From positions 83,638,001 through 83,702,000 of the forward strand of contig NC_042997.1 in assembly GCF_006345805.1 (NCBI RefSeq): a DNA stretch of 64,000 nucleotides, given 5' to 3'. The stretch is from Octopus sinensis. Its lineage: Eukaryota. The first letter of the stretch is position 1; each line of letters opens with the position of its first letter. Position numbers and translations under genes: made by a program. This document shows positions 1-13,417 of this stretch, piece after piece. A model generated the notes under the pieces. It worked only from the letters and a program-made list of their open reading frames with translations. It was not told where the DNA came from and did not search any database.

Positions 1-1080
1 TGAAGGAAAAATATGAAGAAATTAAGTTGGTCTTAGAAAAGATACTGTACCATGACCATAAATAGGTCATCTGTGTTGACTTAAAGATGGTGAATTTTCT
101 CAAGGGACAGCAATCTGGTTATACCAAATACCCATGCTTTCTTTGCATGTGGGACAGTAGAGACCAAGAAAACCACTATGTTAAGAAAGACTGGCCGCCT
201 CGAATAAATATGGCTCCATGTAGAGCTGCCAATATATTGGAAGGCTTTAGCTGAGCAAGATGAGATCATTTTCTCCCCTTTGCACATCAAACTCAGATTC
301 ATCAAGCAATTCGTCAAAGCTCTTGATAAAAATGGGAAGTGCTTCAAGTATATTTGCAGTGTATTTCCAGACTTGACAACTGAAAAACTTAAAGCAGGGA
401 TTTTTGATGGACCACAGATCCATAAGCTCTTGAAGGACACAAATTTCGTGAAAGTAATGAGCAAAAATGAAGCATCAGCTCAGCTAGCCTTTGCAGAAGT
501 AATGCAAAATTTCCTTGGGAAACACAAAGGTGCAAACTATAAAGACCTTGTTACCAACTTGATATCAACTTTTTGTGATATTGGTGTGAATATGAGCATC
601 AAAATGCATTATCTTTTTAGTCATCTTGATTGTTTTCCTGAAAATCTCGAAGTTGTTAGCAATGAACAAGGTGAATGATTCCATCAGGACATCAAAGAGA
701 TGGAAATTCAGTACCAAGGACGTTGGGATACTGTGATGATGGCAGACTATTGCTGGTGTTTAAAATGAGATACTCCTGTTGCTCAACATTCACGGTGTAC
801 AAAGAAGCACAAATTTATTCCTTGAATTTTCTGCCAAAAATCTTAACTAATGTGCACTTTCAATTTGGAATTTTTATTTTGTTTTGTGTTATGCTCTCTT
901 AATTGATTCATACTATATGCCTTTTGTATGAATAAAATACTTACTCTATCAGGTTTAGTCTGAAAACTAGATCTGACAGAGAAACACTGAAGTTATTTTT
1001 GAATTTAGCATGTAAAATCACTTAAGAATTCATTGAAATATTCAAGGCACCAAACAAAAAAAAATTTTAGTTGCCCAGTG
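1..1080 (+). mobile_element. 3' part of a decayed DNA transposon, most likely CMC/Chapaev3-type; transposase pseudogene at 3-825
   Basis: Frame-broken translation gives GQQSGYTKYPCFLCMWDSR, LHIKLRFIKQFVKAL, GIFDGPQI, MSIKMHYLFSHLDCFPENL and EQGE*FHQDIKEME..YQGRW..MMADYCW, with internal stops. The element ends GTTGCCCAGTG at 1080 followed by TAA, matching CAC..GTG termini and a TWA target site. Family assignment is from recalled motifs. Confidence 0.75.
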
Positions 1081-1138
1081 TAATCTTTGTTGACATAAAA
1101 CATAAGACCAGAAATCATATTGGTTTCAAATTTCATCA

Positions 1139-1308
1139 CAAGAGCAGCAAGTTTGAGGGGGGGGGGTAAATTGATTACCTTGACTCCAGTGTTCAACTGG
1201 TAGTTATTTCATCAATCCTGTGGTATTTGAACTCAGAACATAAAGATGGATAAAATACTGCAAAGCATTTTGCTCAGTGTGGTAACGATTCTGCCAGCTC
1301 GCTGTCTT
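1139..1308 (-). mobile_element. tRNA-derived SINE family B (partial)
   Basis: Matches the recurrent unit ccccagtgctcaactggtacttatttt...gaatttgaactcagaa...gattctgccagctcgc seen many times in the window. Confidence 0.75.
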
Positions 1309-2206
1309 ACAATCAGAAATCATATTAACTTCAGTGCTTGACTGTTACTTATTTTAATGATTTCAAAAGGATAAAAAGTAAAGTGGCTTTGGTGGGATTC
1401 GAACTCAGAATGTAAAGACCCATAATGAATAACATATGGTATTTTGTCCAATGCTTGAATAATTTTGACAATTTGCAACTTCATCAATATTTTTTCGTTT
1501 TGTTATATATGTATATTTTCTAAACAACTTGCAGATGCAAGTGCTACCAGTTGAAAGTTCTGCATACTGGATGTTAGCAAACATATGAGGTCATCAGGAG
1601 AAAATGTGTGCCATTTCAGGGCTTTCCTCTTGACAGCATTATTGCACACCAGTCCCTCTCACTGAGATGATGCCCTGCTTGCTAGATCAAATGGTTACTG
1701 GGTTTCACTTAATATTCTTTGAAACCTAGAAATAATGATTTTTGTTTTTGGCATTAGGCCACACATTTTGGAAGAATGTACAAAATCAATTATGTTAACC
1801 CCAGTACTAGACTACTAGTTATTATGTGAACTTCAGCAGGATTTGTACACAGATCAACAAGGGATGAAAATAGATATGACAAGACTAACTGCCCTGTCAA
1901 TTTTGCCATACAATAAAATTTTAAGAAAGGAAATTTTGAAGGATATACACACACAAATTGTTTTAGTTAAAACAATTCTGAATTCCCATTCAAAGTTGTT
2001 TATTTTTAATTGAATTTCGGTTCAGTTTAAATTCCAATTCCAGATTACAAAAAAGTCAATGTGATCAGTTTTATCACAAACACACACACACATGCATGCG
2101 TGCGCGCACATGCACACACACACATCCATGCACGCACATCCATGCACACATGGATTTTTTTTTTTTGTCCCTACGTCATTCTTTTATCTGGTATTAGAGC
2201 AGCTAT

Positions 2207-2700
2207 ATGAAACAGTTTCAAAAAAATAATCAGCAGACTAGTTTCAATTCCACTGTTAAAATGTCTTCAGTTGTTCTGAAAATATCTTTAGGCAAATATT
2301 GGAATGCCATAATACCACATTCCATTTCTTCCTTCACTTCAGATATAATTTATAACTTATCAAAGCCTTTGGTTTCACTTCTCAAAGTTATCAAGACTAT
2401 TCAAACAGAAGCCATCTAGAAATAGGTTTTTCTCATTTTCTTGACCTAATACTATCTTAGAACTTAATTTTTGTTTTTGCAGAAGAAGTGGAGCAGTGCC
2501 CATGACCTGGCAGGATTTTCCAGACAGTATTTATAGATGTGGTTGAATATCTGTAGGTGAATATCTTTAGGTAAAACATGGACAGAGAAGAATCTAAAAT
2601 TCTGGTGGAGGTGAAAGGATTGGATAATAAGTTTACTGTGAAGTAAGGCCTACAAAAAGATGATGAGCAGAGCTGTCTTAGCAGCACTGTAGGCCTCCAC
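2207..2700 (+). mobile_element. Highly degraded LINE RT fragment (tentative)
   Basis: Stop-interrupted frames weakly resemble RT motifs (KPLVSLLKVIKTI; ESKILVEVKGLDNKFTVK*GLQ). Confidence 0.3.
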
Positions 2701-2770
2701 CCAGCAAACCAATGAATTAAACCCTATAGTATTTACTTATTGACAGCAGGCTACAAGAGTGTAGTGGGTG

Positions 2771-2809
<39 letters not shown>

Positions 2810-2810
<1 letters not shown>

Positions 2811-3205
2811 TCTCTTACTCTTGTACTTGTTTCAGTCATTTTCCTTTTCTTCTTTCCTTTGTTTGTGGTTTTAGGTTTAATGTTCTTTCTTTAGTCGAGC
2901 AAATCGATGCCAGGACGTATATTCTTTGGAAGACTAGTACTTATTCTATCGGTCTCTTTTGCCAAACTGCTAAGTTACGGGGATGTAAACACACCAGCAT
3001 CGGTTGTCAAGCAATACCGGGGGGAAAAATACAGACACACAAACATATATATATATACATATATATGACAGGCTTCTTTTAGTTTCCGTCTACCAGATCA
3101 CTCACAAGGCTTTGGTCGACCTGAAGTTATAGTAGAAGACACTTGTCCAAGGTACCACGCAGTGGAACAGAACCTGGAATCATGTGGGTGGTAAGCAAGC
3201 TTACC
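2810..3205 (-). mobile_element. tRNA-derived SINE family A, near full length
   Basis: Tail tacttgtttcagtcatt, internal (CA/TA)n, and head region agtagaagacacttgtccaaggtaccacgcagtgg...gaaccngg aatcatgtg. About 20 copies or fragments occur in the window. Confidence 0.85.
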
Positions 3206-3789
3206 GAAAGACAAAATGGAATAAGCAGATCAAGAAGAGGCACATAGGACAGAGAGCCACTGATAGGGTAACAGGATGTATGACAAAAGAACACCGACAG
3301 ATTTATAAACTAAAAATAATATGAATAAAAACCAAAATGAAGATTGAATAAATAGTACATGTGTTTAGTTGGCAACCCCCACCCCAAATGACTATCTCTA
3401 TATATATATTGGAATATTATATGGGAGCCTTTAATTAAGAAAGAACATTAAACCTACAACCAAAAACAAAGGAAAGAAAAAAAGGAAAAGTAATGTCTAA
3501 GGTTCATAACTTCTAACACATAATTACCTTTAAGGACATAAAGGAGAAAATATAAGCATTATGCACCAAGTTTTAAGTGTAATAATTTAGCTAGAGGGTA
3601 TGAGCTCAATCCCTGGGTCAGTCAAGTGATATATAATTTGGTTGGAGCATAACAGACTAAATGCATCACAAATAGAAGAACATAACTAATAAGAACATCC
3701 CTTGCATGGACAACAGAGTGAGAACAATCTATTTCTATGGATTAATAAAGGGTTTAGTCACTACTTTTGAGAACATTTACTGCATATGA

Positions 3790-4150
3790 CAAGCAAATAA
3801 AGAAAGCCAGAGGGCACAGTGGCTGAAATGCTGTGAGTGTAATGATCAAAATGAGAACACAAACCAGAATATACCAGTGTGTAATAATGATAAATTCCTA
3901 ATCTCCAAAGTCCAAACAAAAGTTTTCCAGTTAACTGAATGGCTTTCTTTTATATTCAGTTTAGAAGCTGGAATATTAGTGTGTGTAGGAACAGCAGTAG
4001 CACTATCCCCATGGACGTAAGCAGTACTCTAGTGTGGAAACCACTTGAGATTTGTAGAGTGTTAGTGTCTAATTAGAGCTCAAGTATTTCCTGATTCTAA
4101 AGAAGAATATCCAAGACATTGTTATGAAGGTTTGCTGATGTTGTGTGTGT
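3790..4150 (-). mobile_element. Degraded LINE RT C-terminal fragment
   Basis: Minus frame reads IFFFRIRKYLSSN*TLTLYKSQVVSTLEYC, the LYK..V...LEYC motif of non-LTR RT C-termini, followed by frameshifted YSGLCS. Confidence 0.6.
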
Positions 4151-5029
4151 GGATACAACTATGGAATGAAGAAATAAAATTTTAATTTCAAATTCACGCA
4201 AGTCAATATAAGAGCAGTGGATATTAATCAAGTGACTAACCTTGGCTTATGACTCAAAAATCTTTCAGTTTGTTAAACATTCTATGCTGAGAACGTAGTA
4301 GAAACAGATCGAGTATGTTATATTGTTGTTAATTAATTCTGATAATCTACACAATTAATTGGCTGTCATAAAAGCAATGACAAATGATGAAATATTTAAG
4401 GAAATTTATTCAGCACAGAAGTTCCACTTGAAGATATTGGTTTATCCTGTCACATTGAATCCATCCCTCTCCCCAACATTCTCACTGTTCTTCTTTCCAA
4501 TAATCCTCTTCCAACATCATCATCATCTTCATCATAATTATCACCACGCCACTTACCACCCACTTATCAGCCACCATTAGTTTTACATCCATTTACCATA
4601 ATAACTGATTTGCCAAAGCCAAAGTCTATCTGTATGCATGTACACTGACACACACACACACACACTTGCTGGCTTCCAGTCACTGTACTATGTTATCAAG
4701 AGTTTAGATGATAATTTCACACTGATACTTTATTGGGGTGGAGGGAATGAACACACACACTATATATTTATAAAGATATATATACACACATGTATACATG
4801 TACAATGATATATATATATCCTTACACTACATATATTCATAAATATATAAATACATATAAATACAGACACACATATATATACACATGCAGAAAAAATACA
4901 GTATAACATATATATATATATATATATACATTTAGTTAAGAAAGAAAGATAGATAGATAGATATAATAAGGACTGAGGTAGATGCTATATATGTTTGTAA
5001 TACTTATTAATTCAGTTTTTAAAAAATTA

Positions 5030-5224
5030 ACCACTCATTATCTCATAGCTTTGGGATATTGACGATATTTATTTTTAATGATATTATAGGGTAAGTGTGA
5101 GATATTACAAGTGTGAGATGTTAATGATATTATAGGGTAGATGTGAGAGGGTGGATATGGTCAGTTTGAACATAAAACAGATAGAATCTTCGGGCCAGAT
5201 ATGGTTGGTTTAAATGCTAAAGGG
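5030..5224. mobile_element. piggyBac-type MITE family 2 (partial)
   Basis: Ends ggtttaaatgctaaaggg followed by TTAA (5225-5228). Homologous to 8761-8980 and 22252-22468. Confidence 0.65.
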
Positions 5225-5271
5225 TTAAACATCCATCCAGTGTTTCATAAGTAATCTTGTGGGCTCCTAAG

Positions 5272-5470
5272 TGTTGGTGCCATGTAAAGAGCACCCATAC
5301 CAGTGCTGTGTAAAAGCACCCAGTACACTCTGTAAAGAGGTTAGCATTATAAAAAGGCATCCAGCAGTAGAAACCATACAAAAACAGACATGCAACCTGA
5401 AGCCCTTCAAGCTGCTCAACTTCTATCAAACCCATGCCAGCATGGAAACGGATGTTAAATGAGGATGATG
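5272..5470 (+). mobile_element. SINE-like retroposon family C (3' part)
   Basis: gtaaaagcacc...aaggcatccagcagtagaaac...aacccatgccagcatggaaacggatgttaaatga(tga)n tail. Homologous to 47238-47690. Confidence 0.7.
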
Positions 5471-5835
5471 AATTTTGTGAGATATAAGTTGTGTTGGCAA
5501 CAAACATATATAGCATCTATTTATGGTATCTATATATCTCAGATAGAAACAAAAACAGAAATACTTTATTACTATAAGAGTCATCTTATTTTCTGGTTCC
5601 TTCATTAACAATAATTATGAGCAAAGCTTTGTTGTTTTTAATGGGACTTTGATTGATACAATTGTCGATATGATAAAACTTGCACAGCTGGCAACACAGG
5701 TCTTGTGATAAAATTACAGTTGTCAACCTTCAGTATGGAAGATTATAAAAGAAATAATACAAAATATAAACACTTTCTTTATACTTTCATTTAAATACCT
5801 TTGTTATGCACTTTCTGCAGAAATATATATAATAA

Positions 5836-6048
5836 TGGTTTCAAATTTTAGCCCAGGGCCAGTAGTTTTTGAAGAGAGAAGGAAGCAGATTAGACTGACA
5901 CCAGTACTTGACTGGTATTTATTTTATCAACTCCAAAAAGGATGAAAGGCAAAGTTGATCTCAGTGGAATTTGAACTCAGTACATAAAGGCCAACAAAAT
6001 TCCACTCAGCATTTTGCCTTGTGTGCAAACAGTTCTGCTTGCTACCTT
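5836..6048 (-). mobile_element. SINE family B
   Basis: Contains ggatgaaaggcaaagttgatctcagtggaatttgaactcag, the family B head and central domain. Confidence 0.8.
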
Positions 6049-6711
6049 AGAGTTTAGGAACAAAAGTATTTATTGCTTTCTGTTTATCTTCTTTTATTTC
6101 TTTTATCTTTGTATCTTTTGCTTGTTTCAATCATTGGACTACAGCCATGTTTGTGCACCACCTTGAAGGGATTTTAGTTGAGCAAATCAAAACAAGTGCT
6201 TTTTTGATTAAGTCTGGTACTTTTTCTATCAGTCTCTTTCACTGAACCACAAAGTTTATGAGTACTAAATAAACCCACACTGGTTGTCCAGGAGTGGGGG
6301 AGGGATAAACATAGACATAAGCAGGTGTTAAAAAAATAAACACATAAAAGTCTTCATTAAACTTGTGTAGGTATTCTCTCTCTATCTATCTATCTATGTT
6401 TATCTGTGTGTGTGTGTGTGTGTAACTAAAGTGACAAAGGACACTAATCAGCACCAGTATTCCTAGAAATAAGAGTCAAAACAACTCAAAAGCCATGGAA
6501 AGCATTAACTTGATGACTGACAAGGGAGGCTCCTTACAGCAGTGGACATAGCCAGATCATTGATGATTTTGCATTTTAATGCTACCACATTTTAATGCTC
6601 ATCTGTGGCTCTCACCGTGCCTAGGGTTAAACTCAGTTCACCATGTCAGTTTATAAGATTTCTATGAAATCATACACTGATTTCATTAACACTGAAAGTG
6701 AAAATTATAAA

Positions 6712-7014
6712 TAATATGGGTCGCTTATTTGCAATTTTACAACCTAGAGGCAGAAATATAGATGTCACAAATGTGACAAAGGGCACTTAACAGTACCAGT
6801 ACTGCTAGAAATAAGAGTCAAAACAACTCAATAGCCATGGAAAGTACTATCTTAATGACCAACAAGAGAGGTAAGCTCCCTACAGCAGCGGACATAAGAG
6901 TTGTTTTGACTCTTATTTCTAGTAATGCTGGTGCTGGTTAGTGCTCTTTGTCACTTTAGTGATGTATATATTTCTGCTTTAGGTTGTAAAATTGTGAATA
7001 AACCACCCATATTA
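6712..7014. repeat. Fold-back (MITE-like) element with about 115-bp diverged inverted arms
   Basis: taatatggg...acaattttacaacct...ctagaaataagagtcaaaacaactc is mirrored by gagttgttttgactcttatttctag...aggttgtaaaattg...cccatatta. A partial direct copy lies at about 6424-6550. Confidence 0.8.
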
Positions 7015-7141
7015 CACACACACACACACACATCTCAAAACAGGAGAATGGGAAATTATTCACCATTACAAATATTTCAGTTGCTAATAGGAGTTACAAA
7101 ATTGTACATGTAAGGGAAACAGGGAAGATATCTTCCATTAA

Positions 7142-7187
<46 letters not shown>

Positions 7188-7834
7188 ATAATAAATCTCT
7201 GAGCGAGGTATAAACAGTAACTGCTCTTTAATATAAGCGGGATCAGCCATCTGAATGTGGCTAGGGACAGGGCGGGGTGGTGGGGGTGTTACTGATGCAT
7301 ATATATATATATATATATATACACATACATATATATATATATATATATAGGAACCAGTAGACAGAGATAATATATTTATTTTTTATTTTAAAACAAGTAG
7401 AATATAACTAAAGTCATGTTCTGTGTGTTTTGAGCACAAGTAGAGGTTCAAGGTAGTTTCAAAAAGGAAAGTGATCAATGGATTGATAGTATATATATAA
7501 GCTTTACAGAAATATAATATTTCTTGCCATTGATCTCATTTCTAAACTGCAACAGAAAGTAGAAATAAAGAAGCATCAGGATACAAGTTTATTAACTGGT
7601 TAAAAGAAAACAAAAAAAATATTGAAAAACCCAGGAAAATGATTTGTGAGCATATTGAAAAAAAACACTACTAAACCTACTACTACTACTACTACTACCC
7701 TAATTCTGTTTTCTATCTGAGTCAGTAGAAATGGTAACTTTCTGCCATTCTTGGCACATCTTTAACTCTGCTAATCACAAATTTCTGAGATAATAGTAGA
7801 GCAAAATATCTCACAGAACCACACCATAAATAAT

Positions 7835-8052
7835 CCTTTCTACAATAGGCACAAGGCCTGAAATTTTGGGGGAGTACGAGAGGGGGCTAGTCAATTACAT
7901 CAATTCCAGTACACAACTGGTACTTATTTTATTGTTCCTGCAAAAATATGAAAAACAATGTTGACCTCAGCAGAATTAGAGCTCAGAATGTAAAGCTGGA
8001 AGCAATGCCACTTTGTCTTGTGTGCTAATGGCTCAGTTTGCTTGCTACCTTA
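7835..8052 (-). mobile_element. SINE family B
   Basis: aggcacaaggcctgaaattttgggg...aactggtacttatttt...gagctcagaatgtaaag...cttgctacctt. Confidence 0.8.
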
Positions 8053-8095
8053 AACTGCGCAATAAATGATAAAGTCAATGATGATAATTCTACAT

Positions 8096-8330
8096 AGGTA
8101 CAGGTGTGGCTGTGTAGGTTTGGGGTTCAGTCCCACTCCACAGCACCTTGGGTGTCTTGTACAATGAATTTGGCAAACATCTCTGTAACTTAGCAGTTTT
8201 GCAAAGAGACTGATAGAATAAATGCCAGACTTTAAAAAATAATATGTACTGGTGTTGATTTATTTGACTAAATCCTTTAAAGCAGTGGTCTAGCATGGCC
8301 ACTGTCCAAAGACAGAAACAAGTGAAAGAT
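8096..8330 (+). mobile_element. SINE family A, internally deleted
   Basis: aggtacaggtgtggctgtgt...gttcagtcccact...gtaacttagcagt...gatagaataa...gaaacaagtgaaaga. Confidence 0.7.
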
Positions 8331-8506
8331 CTAGACAAAATGATATATGGTCAAACATTGAAGAAAACACCATAGCAGATAAATGCTTTGATAAGAGATA
8401 CACCAATGAACACATTAATAATAATAATGATGATAATAATAATAATATAATAATAATAATAATATTAATAATAATGATGATTTAAAATTTTTGCCTCAGA
8501 ATGGCC

Positions 8507-8539
<33 letters not shown>

Positions 8540-8760
8540 AGATAACAGTGTTCCAGAATGGCCTAAGCTGTAATAACTAACACAAACCGAAGAACTATAA
8601 AGATAAAATCTAAAGAATACATAGTGATAGTTACATACACATATATTCATACATACATACACAAATATACACAGACATAAACACATATATATATATATAC
8701 ATGCATGTGTGTGTATGCAAATTTCTGATAATCTTACGATACATTGGTGATAAGCTTTAA

Positions 8761-8980
8761 ACCTTTAGCATTCAGATTACTCAGGCAAATGTAATGCTTA
8801 TTTATTCAAATTGTTTTGAATTAATTATGCATTATGTTGCGGCTGTGAGATTTTGATGATGTGATTATCTAGATGTAGAATGACATTGTAGGATTGGTGT
8901 GAGAGGTCAGATCTGGCTGGTTTCAGCATAAAACAGGTAGAATATCCTAGTCTGATACGGCTGGTTTAAATGCTAAAGGG
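8761..8980. mobile_element. piggyBac-type MITE family 2
   Basis: TTAA (8757-8760) then (a)cctttagcatt ... aatgctaaaggg then ttta: terminal inverted repeats with a TTAA-type target. Confidence 0.8.
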
Positions 8981-11164
8981 TTTAATCTATGTTAGAAAAG
9001 AAATGAAAGTAAGATGAGAAAATTTGGTTGCTCAATTTTTATACTGAAGGAATTTGGTACATCATTTCACATCATTAAGTTCAGATACAATATTTTTATG
9101 ACATATTGCAGTTATTTTATTTTTAGGTATGTATGAGTGTCTTTCATTTGTTACAAATAATGGCAGTAACATCAATTTGATGAAGAAATAATCCCCAACA
9201 GATTTTCTTACTCTGGCATAAGGTCATAATTCTGGAAAGAAGTGGTGGGAGAAGCCTATAGTTAATTGAATCAACCCCTAGTTACAATTTGTGATCATGA
9301 CTATTGTGATTTGAACCTAAAACATAGATAGGTAAAATTATTTAGAGATCTATAAATTCTGCAACTTCCACATCTGTACAATCAATAGTCTTCAATTTTG
9401 AATATTAAATATGAAGTGGATAGTCTTTTGAATGGATAGCAGCAAATGTTGTTTATGTTTACACGAGTCTCTTAGTTACTATACACAGCAAGGCTAGCTA
9501 GCTAGTTGGCTGGTTGGTTGGTTGGTAGTTGGAGTATTTGTTTACTGCAAACAACCACTGCCTTAAACCGCTAATGTTTGGTAGTGGAATGAACCAATGT
9601 TATATCATGCCAGTGGATCTAGCGGGTGAAAACACTGCATCTTAAATGAATCGAAATAAATGAGTTTATAATATCAATCTGTGAAAAACAAACAAAACAA
9701 ACTAATATAAAGTATAGAAATATTTTGGTATACAGTCTTAGAAGTGGTTCTCAAAATACACATAATTTCCTGCGTCACCTCAGTTCTCACCCACCCAATT
9801 CTCTCTCTTTCTCTCTCTTATCCTCCTCTTAATCATCATTTTCATATTCATCATTTTACCATGATCAATGTCATTATTCTCATATTCATCATCATCAGCA
9901 TCACCATCATCACCCCTTCCACTACAATATTCATATTAATCATTACTATTATTATCATCATATCCATCATGAACACCAATGCCAGCATTGTCATTATCCT
10001 TATATACATAATTTTTTCCCCTCCAACTATTTGCCCACACTATACCCCCACCTCTGTCCTCATTCTCCTCCTCACTACTGTTGCTGCTACAACTACTACT
10101 AATATTGCTACTAATACTACTGATACTAGTCAACATTGTACCTTTCCCCTTTAGTTATGCTGTACTGTACCTCACTATCAATCATCCTGTTGGCATGGGT
10201 TAGACAGGTCTGCCTGGTTCTGTTTGGCAGTACACCAGTAGACATGGAAAGGGAGACATAGAAATAAGTGTGGGTGGTTTTAAAACAGAGTGGTTAGCTA
10301 TTTCGAGAAGTAGAGTGCAGTAAAGTAACTAAAGTTAAGAGCTGTTCTCTCTTTTATTTACTTATTTTCTTAGCTAGGCACCAGTAAGTTCAGGGGCTCA
10401 CATACCTTGTCAACTAAAACAAATTTCACTTCATGGGTTAAGCACTGAGAAAGTTTCTATGCTAGACATAGCAACCAAATTTCCTTCAAACCATATCATA
10501 CTGTTTTAAAGAAGAGAAGAACACAATAGATGTCATATAAGATATACTTCTACCTTTTACTAGTTTCAGTCATTGGGGCACGGCCTTGAATGGTTTAGTC
10601 AAACACCACCACCTGACAATTGGTGTTGGCCTGTTTATGTTTCCATAACTTAGTGGCTCAGCAAAGAGACAGATAGAATAAGGACCAGGCTTAAAAAATG
10701 TAAGTTCCAGGGTTGATCTGTTCAACTAAAATCCTTCAAGGCAGTGCCTCTGCATTACAATTTCAAACAGCATTTAATTTTAGTCAGAAGGAAGAAACAG
10801 TACTCATGGCCTTCAAAGGCTCTTCCAGATTGAGGACATTGACATAGTTAATGTTAATTTTGAACATTTATAAGTCAATATTTGTAGGAGGAAATGTGTA
10901 AAGAAAGGAAGTGCAGAGAGTTGACATTTTGATGAGGAAAAAATTGGGTGAAGGTGATGGTGGCAATGAGTCACAGTATTGGGACACACTGAATTTTCTG
11001 GCATTCAAGTGGAACCTTTCTGACCAACATTTGTGGTCAAACAAAGCAGGTTGACTTATGCATGAGAACAAGATAATAAAACCACCATGTGAAATGTAGC
11101 AGGATTTGGAAAGACAATGACGAAATTAAATGTTTACACAACATGTTTACACAACATGTTTACA

Positions 11165-11382
11165 TTATATAGTTTCAAATTTTTGCACAAGGCCAGCAGT
11201 TTTGGGGAAGCATAAGTCTATTAAATTGACCCCAGTGCTCAACTGGTACTTATATTATTGACCCTAAAAGGATGAAAGGCAAAGCCAACCTTGGTGGAAT
11301 TTGAACTCAGAATCTAAAGATAGATGAAATACCACTAAGCATTTTGCCTAGTGTGCTAATGATTCTACTAGCTTGCTGCCTT
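11165..11382 (-). mobile_element. SINE family B with target-site duplication
   Basis: Family B body flanked by the direct repeat acatgtttaca at 11154-11164 and 11383-11393. Confidence 0.85.
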
Positions 11383-12186
11383 ACATGTTTACACTATTTG
11401 CTATGTGACCCCACACCCCTTTTTTTTGTTTCTTGATTGTAGCTATGCTCTTAAGAACCCATGCAAATTTTGTAACAGCTCCTACTCTATTCACTTGAAG
11501 TCAACAAGTTTTATCTGTTGATTGATATCATTGATATAGAGTAGTCAAGTCATTGATTTAACTACATCAGTTGAACATGTGCATTGGATAACACATTTAA
11601 CTATTAAACAAACAAATCTATTTGACTTGACCTAGCAGTGAAAAGCAGATGAAAGAAATTACAGAAGCTGCACATATGATATGACTGAAGATCAAGATAA
11701 AGGGAGATAAATCTGTTGTACTATTGATTTTCACAACCCAAGAGCACAAAGTCTAATGGTTAGGGAGATATACTAATGATCACAAGATCATGGTTTCAAT
11801 TTCCAGACTGGGTAATGCATTGTGTTCCTGAGCAAAATACCTCATTTCACAATTTTCTGCGATCACTTTGACTTCTGAAGTGTGGCATATCATACACCTG
11901 TACAACACACACAAAATATTTGATTGCTATAAATATATCATCTGGTTGTTTAGCAAAGAAACTGTGGAACATTTATCTGTCAATTATGACAGGTAAGTTA
12001 ATTAAAAGAAAAAAGAAAAGAACAAAGCAGATTATTTTTTTCTTTTTTCTTACTTGCTGGATCTGGCATAAGGAGCAGTGCCCATGATCTTTGTAGGGCC
12101 TCCAAGAGTGGTGTGATTGATACTGCTAATGTTCCAGTTGCAGGTTGACACCTGCAGGAAGGCATGTGTAGGTGGAGATTCTCCAG

Positions 12187-12245
12187 CAGTGGTTCTCAAC
12201 CAGGGTCTATATAAAACTTTGGGGGTCCACACAACAAGATAATAA
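12187..12245. mobile_element. hAT-type MITE terminus
   Basis: Begins CAGTGGTTCTCAACC. The same terminus occurs inverted at about 27200-27269 (gttgagaactactg). Confidence 0.5.
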
Positions 12246-12940
12246 ACTAGGGATCCTCAGGCCGATCAAAGCCTTGTCAGTGGATTTGGTCGAGAGAAAC
12301 TGAAAGAAACCCATTGTATGTACACACACACACATATATATATCAGGTCATTAAGAAGGCATGTATAAAATTTGAATGAAATCCGTTGGGTAAGTTCTTG
12401 AGTTTTAGTGACGCACATACACAGACATTCTCAGTTTTGTATATATGTATATATATATATGTGTGCCTGTGTGTATCTTTGTGTCTGTGTTTGTCCCCCA
12501 CCACCACTTAACAACCAGCGTTGGTGTGTTTATGTCCTTGTAACTTAGTGGTTCAGCAAAAGAGACTGATAGAATAAGTATAGTCTTTTAAAAAAATAAG
12601 TCCTGGGGTTGATTTGCTCAACTAAAACTCTTTAAGGTGGTGCCCCAAAATGGCCACAGTAAAAAACAAATCACTCAACCAAGTAAAAGATAAAAGATAA
12701 AGAAAATAATGTTTTCTCTCACTGTCATCATGAATAAAGAGAAACTCTACCTCAATCAAGGGCAACTTGTGGCCCACAAGATTTTCTGAATGGCATATCT
12801 AATAAAAAAAAAATAACCTTGAATTATTTTGATAGTGTGAACCCCCATGCCCCACCAATGATGAGCGATGTCTCATGTGGCTCATTTTTTGAAAAAGATT
12901 GACCATTCCTACTCTATGTGGTGTCTTCTTTTATCCTCTG

Positions 12941-13417
12941 TCTTTTACTGGTTTCAGTCATGCTGGAGCACCACCTTGAAGGGTTTTAGTCGAATGAAGC
13001 GATTTTATGAATTACTTTTTTTTAAAGCCTAGTACATATTCTATTGGTCACTTTTGCAAAACTGCTAAGTTATGGGAATGTAAGCACACCAACACCTGTG
13101 GGGACAAACACAGACACAAAGACACGCACACGTAAATACACACACAGACAGGCTTCTTTCAGTTTTCGTCTACCAAATCCACTCATAAGGCTTTGTTTGG
13201 CCCAATGCCATCTATACTAGAGGACACTTTCCCAAGCTGCCATACACACACATATGGCAGGCTTCTCTCAGTTTCCATCTATCAAATCCACTCACAAGGC
13301 TTTGGTCAGCCCAACACTATAGTAGAAGACATTTGTCCAAAGTGCCACATAATATGACTGAATCTGGAACCATCTGGTTGGAAGCAAGCTTCTTACTACA
13401 CAGCCATGCATGTGCCT
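12941..13417 (-). mobile_element. SINE family A with duplicated head region
   Basis: A family A tail plus two successive ggcttct..cagttt..ctaccaaatccactca.aaggctttg segments. Confidence 0.8.

Noticed and set aside
3960-4016. 57-bp plus-strand exon-like segment (LEAGILVCVGTAVALSPW) with splice signals
   Set aside because: It lies antisense to a LINE RT remnant (LYKSQVVSTLEYC).
9547-9679. Strong minus-strand acceptor (tttgtttttcacAG) and a partial miR-279-like string (ctagatccac)
   Set aside because: Stops in all frames, no long hairpin, and only a 10-nt match. It could still be a UTR exon, but nothing here supports that.
2490-12087. Identical 16-mer ggagcagtgcccatga at 2490-2505 and 12072-12087
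   Set aside because: The flanks do not align, and about one such match is expected by chance in 64 kb.
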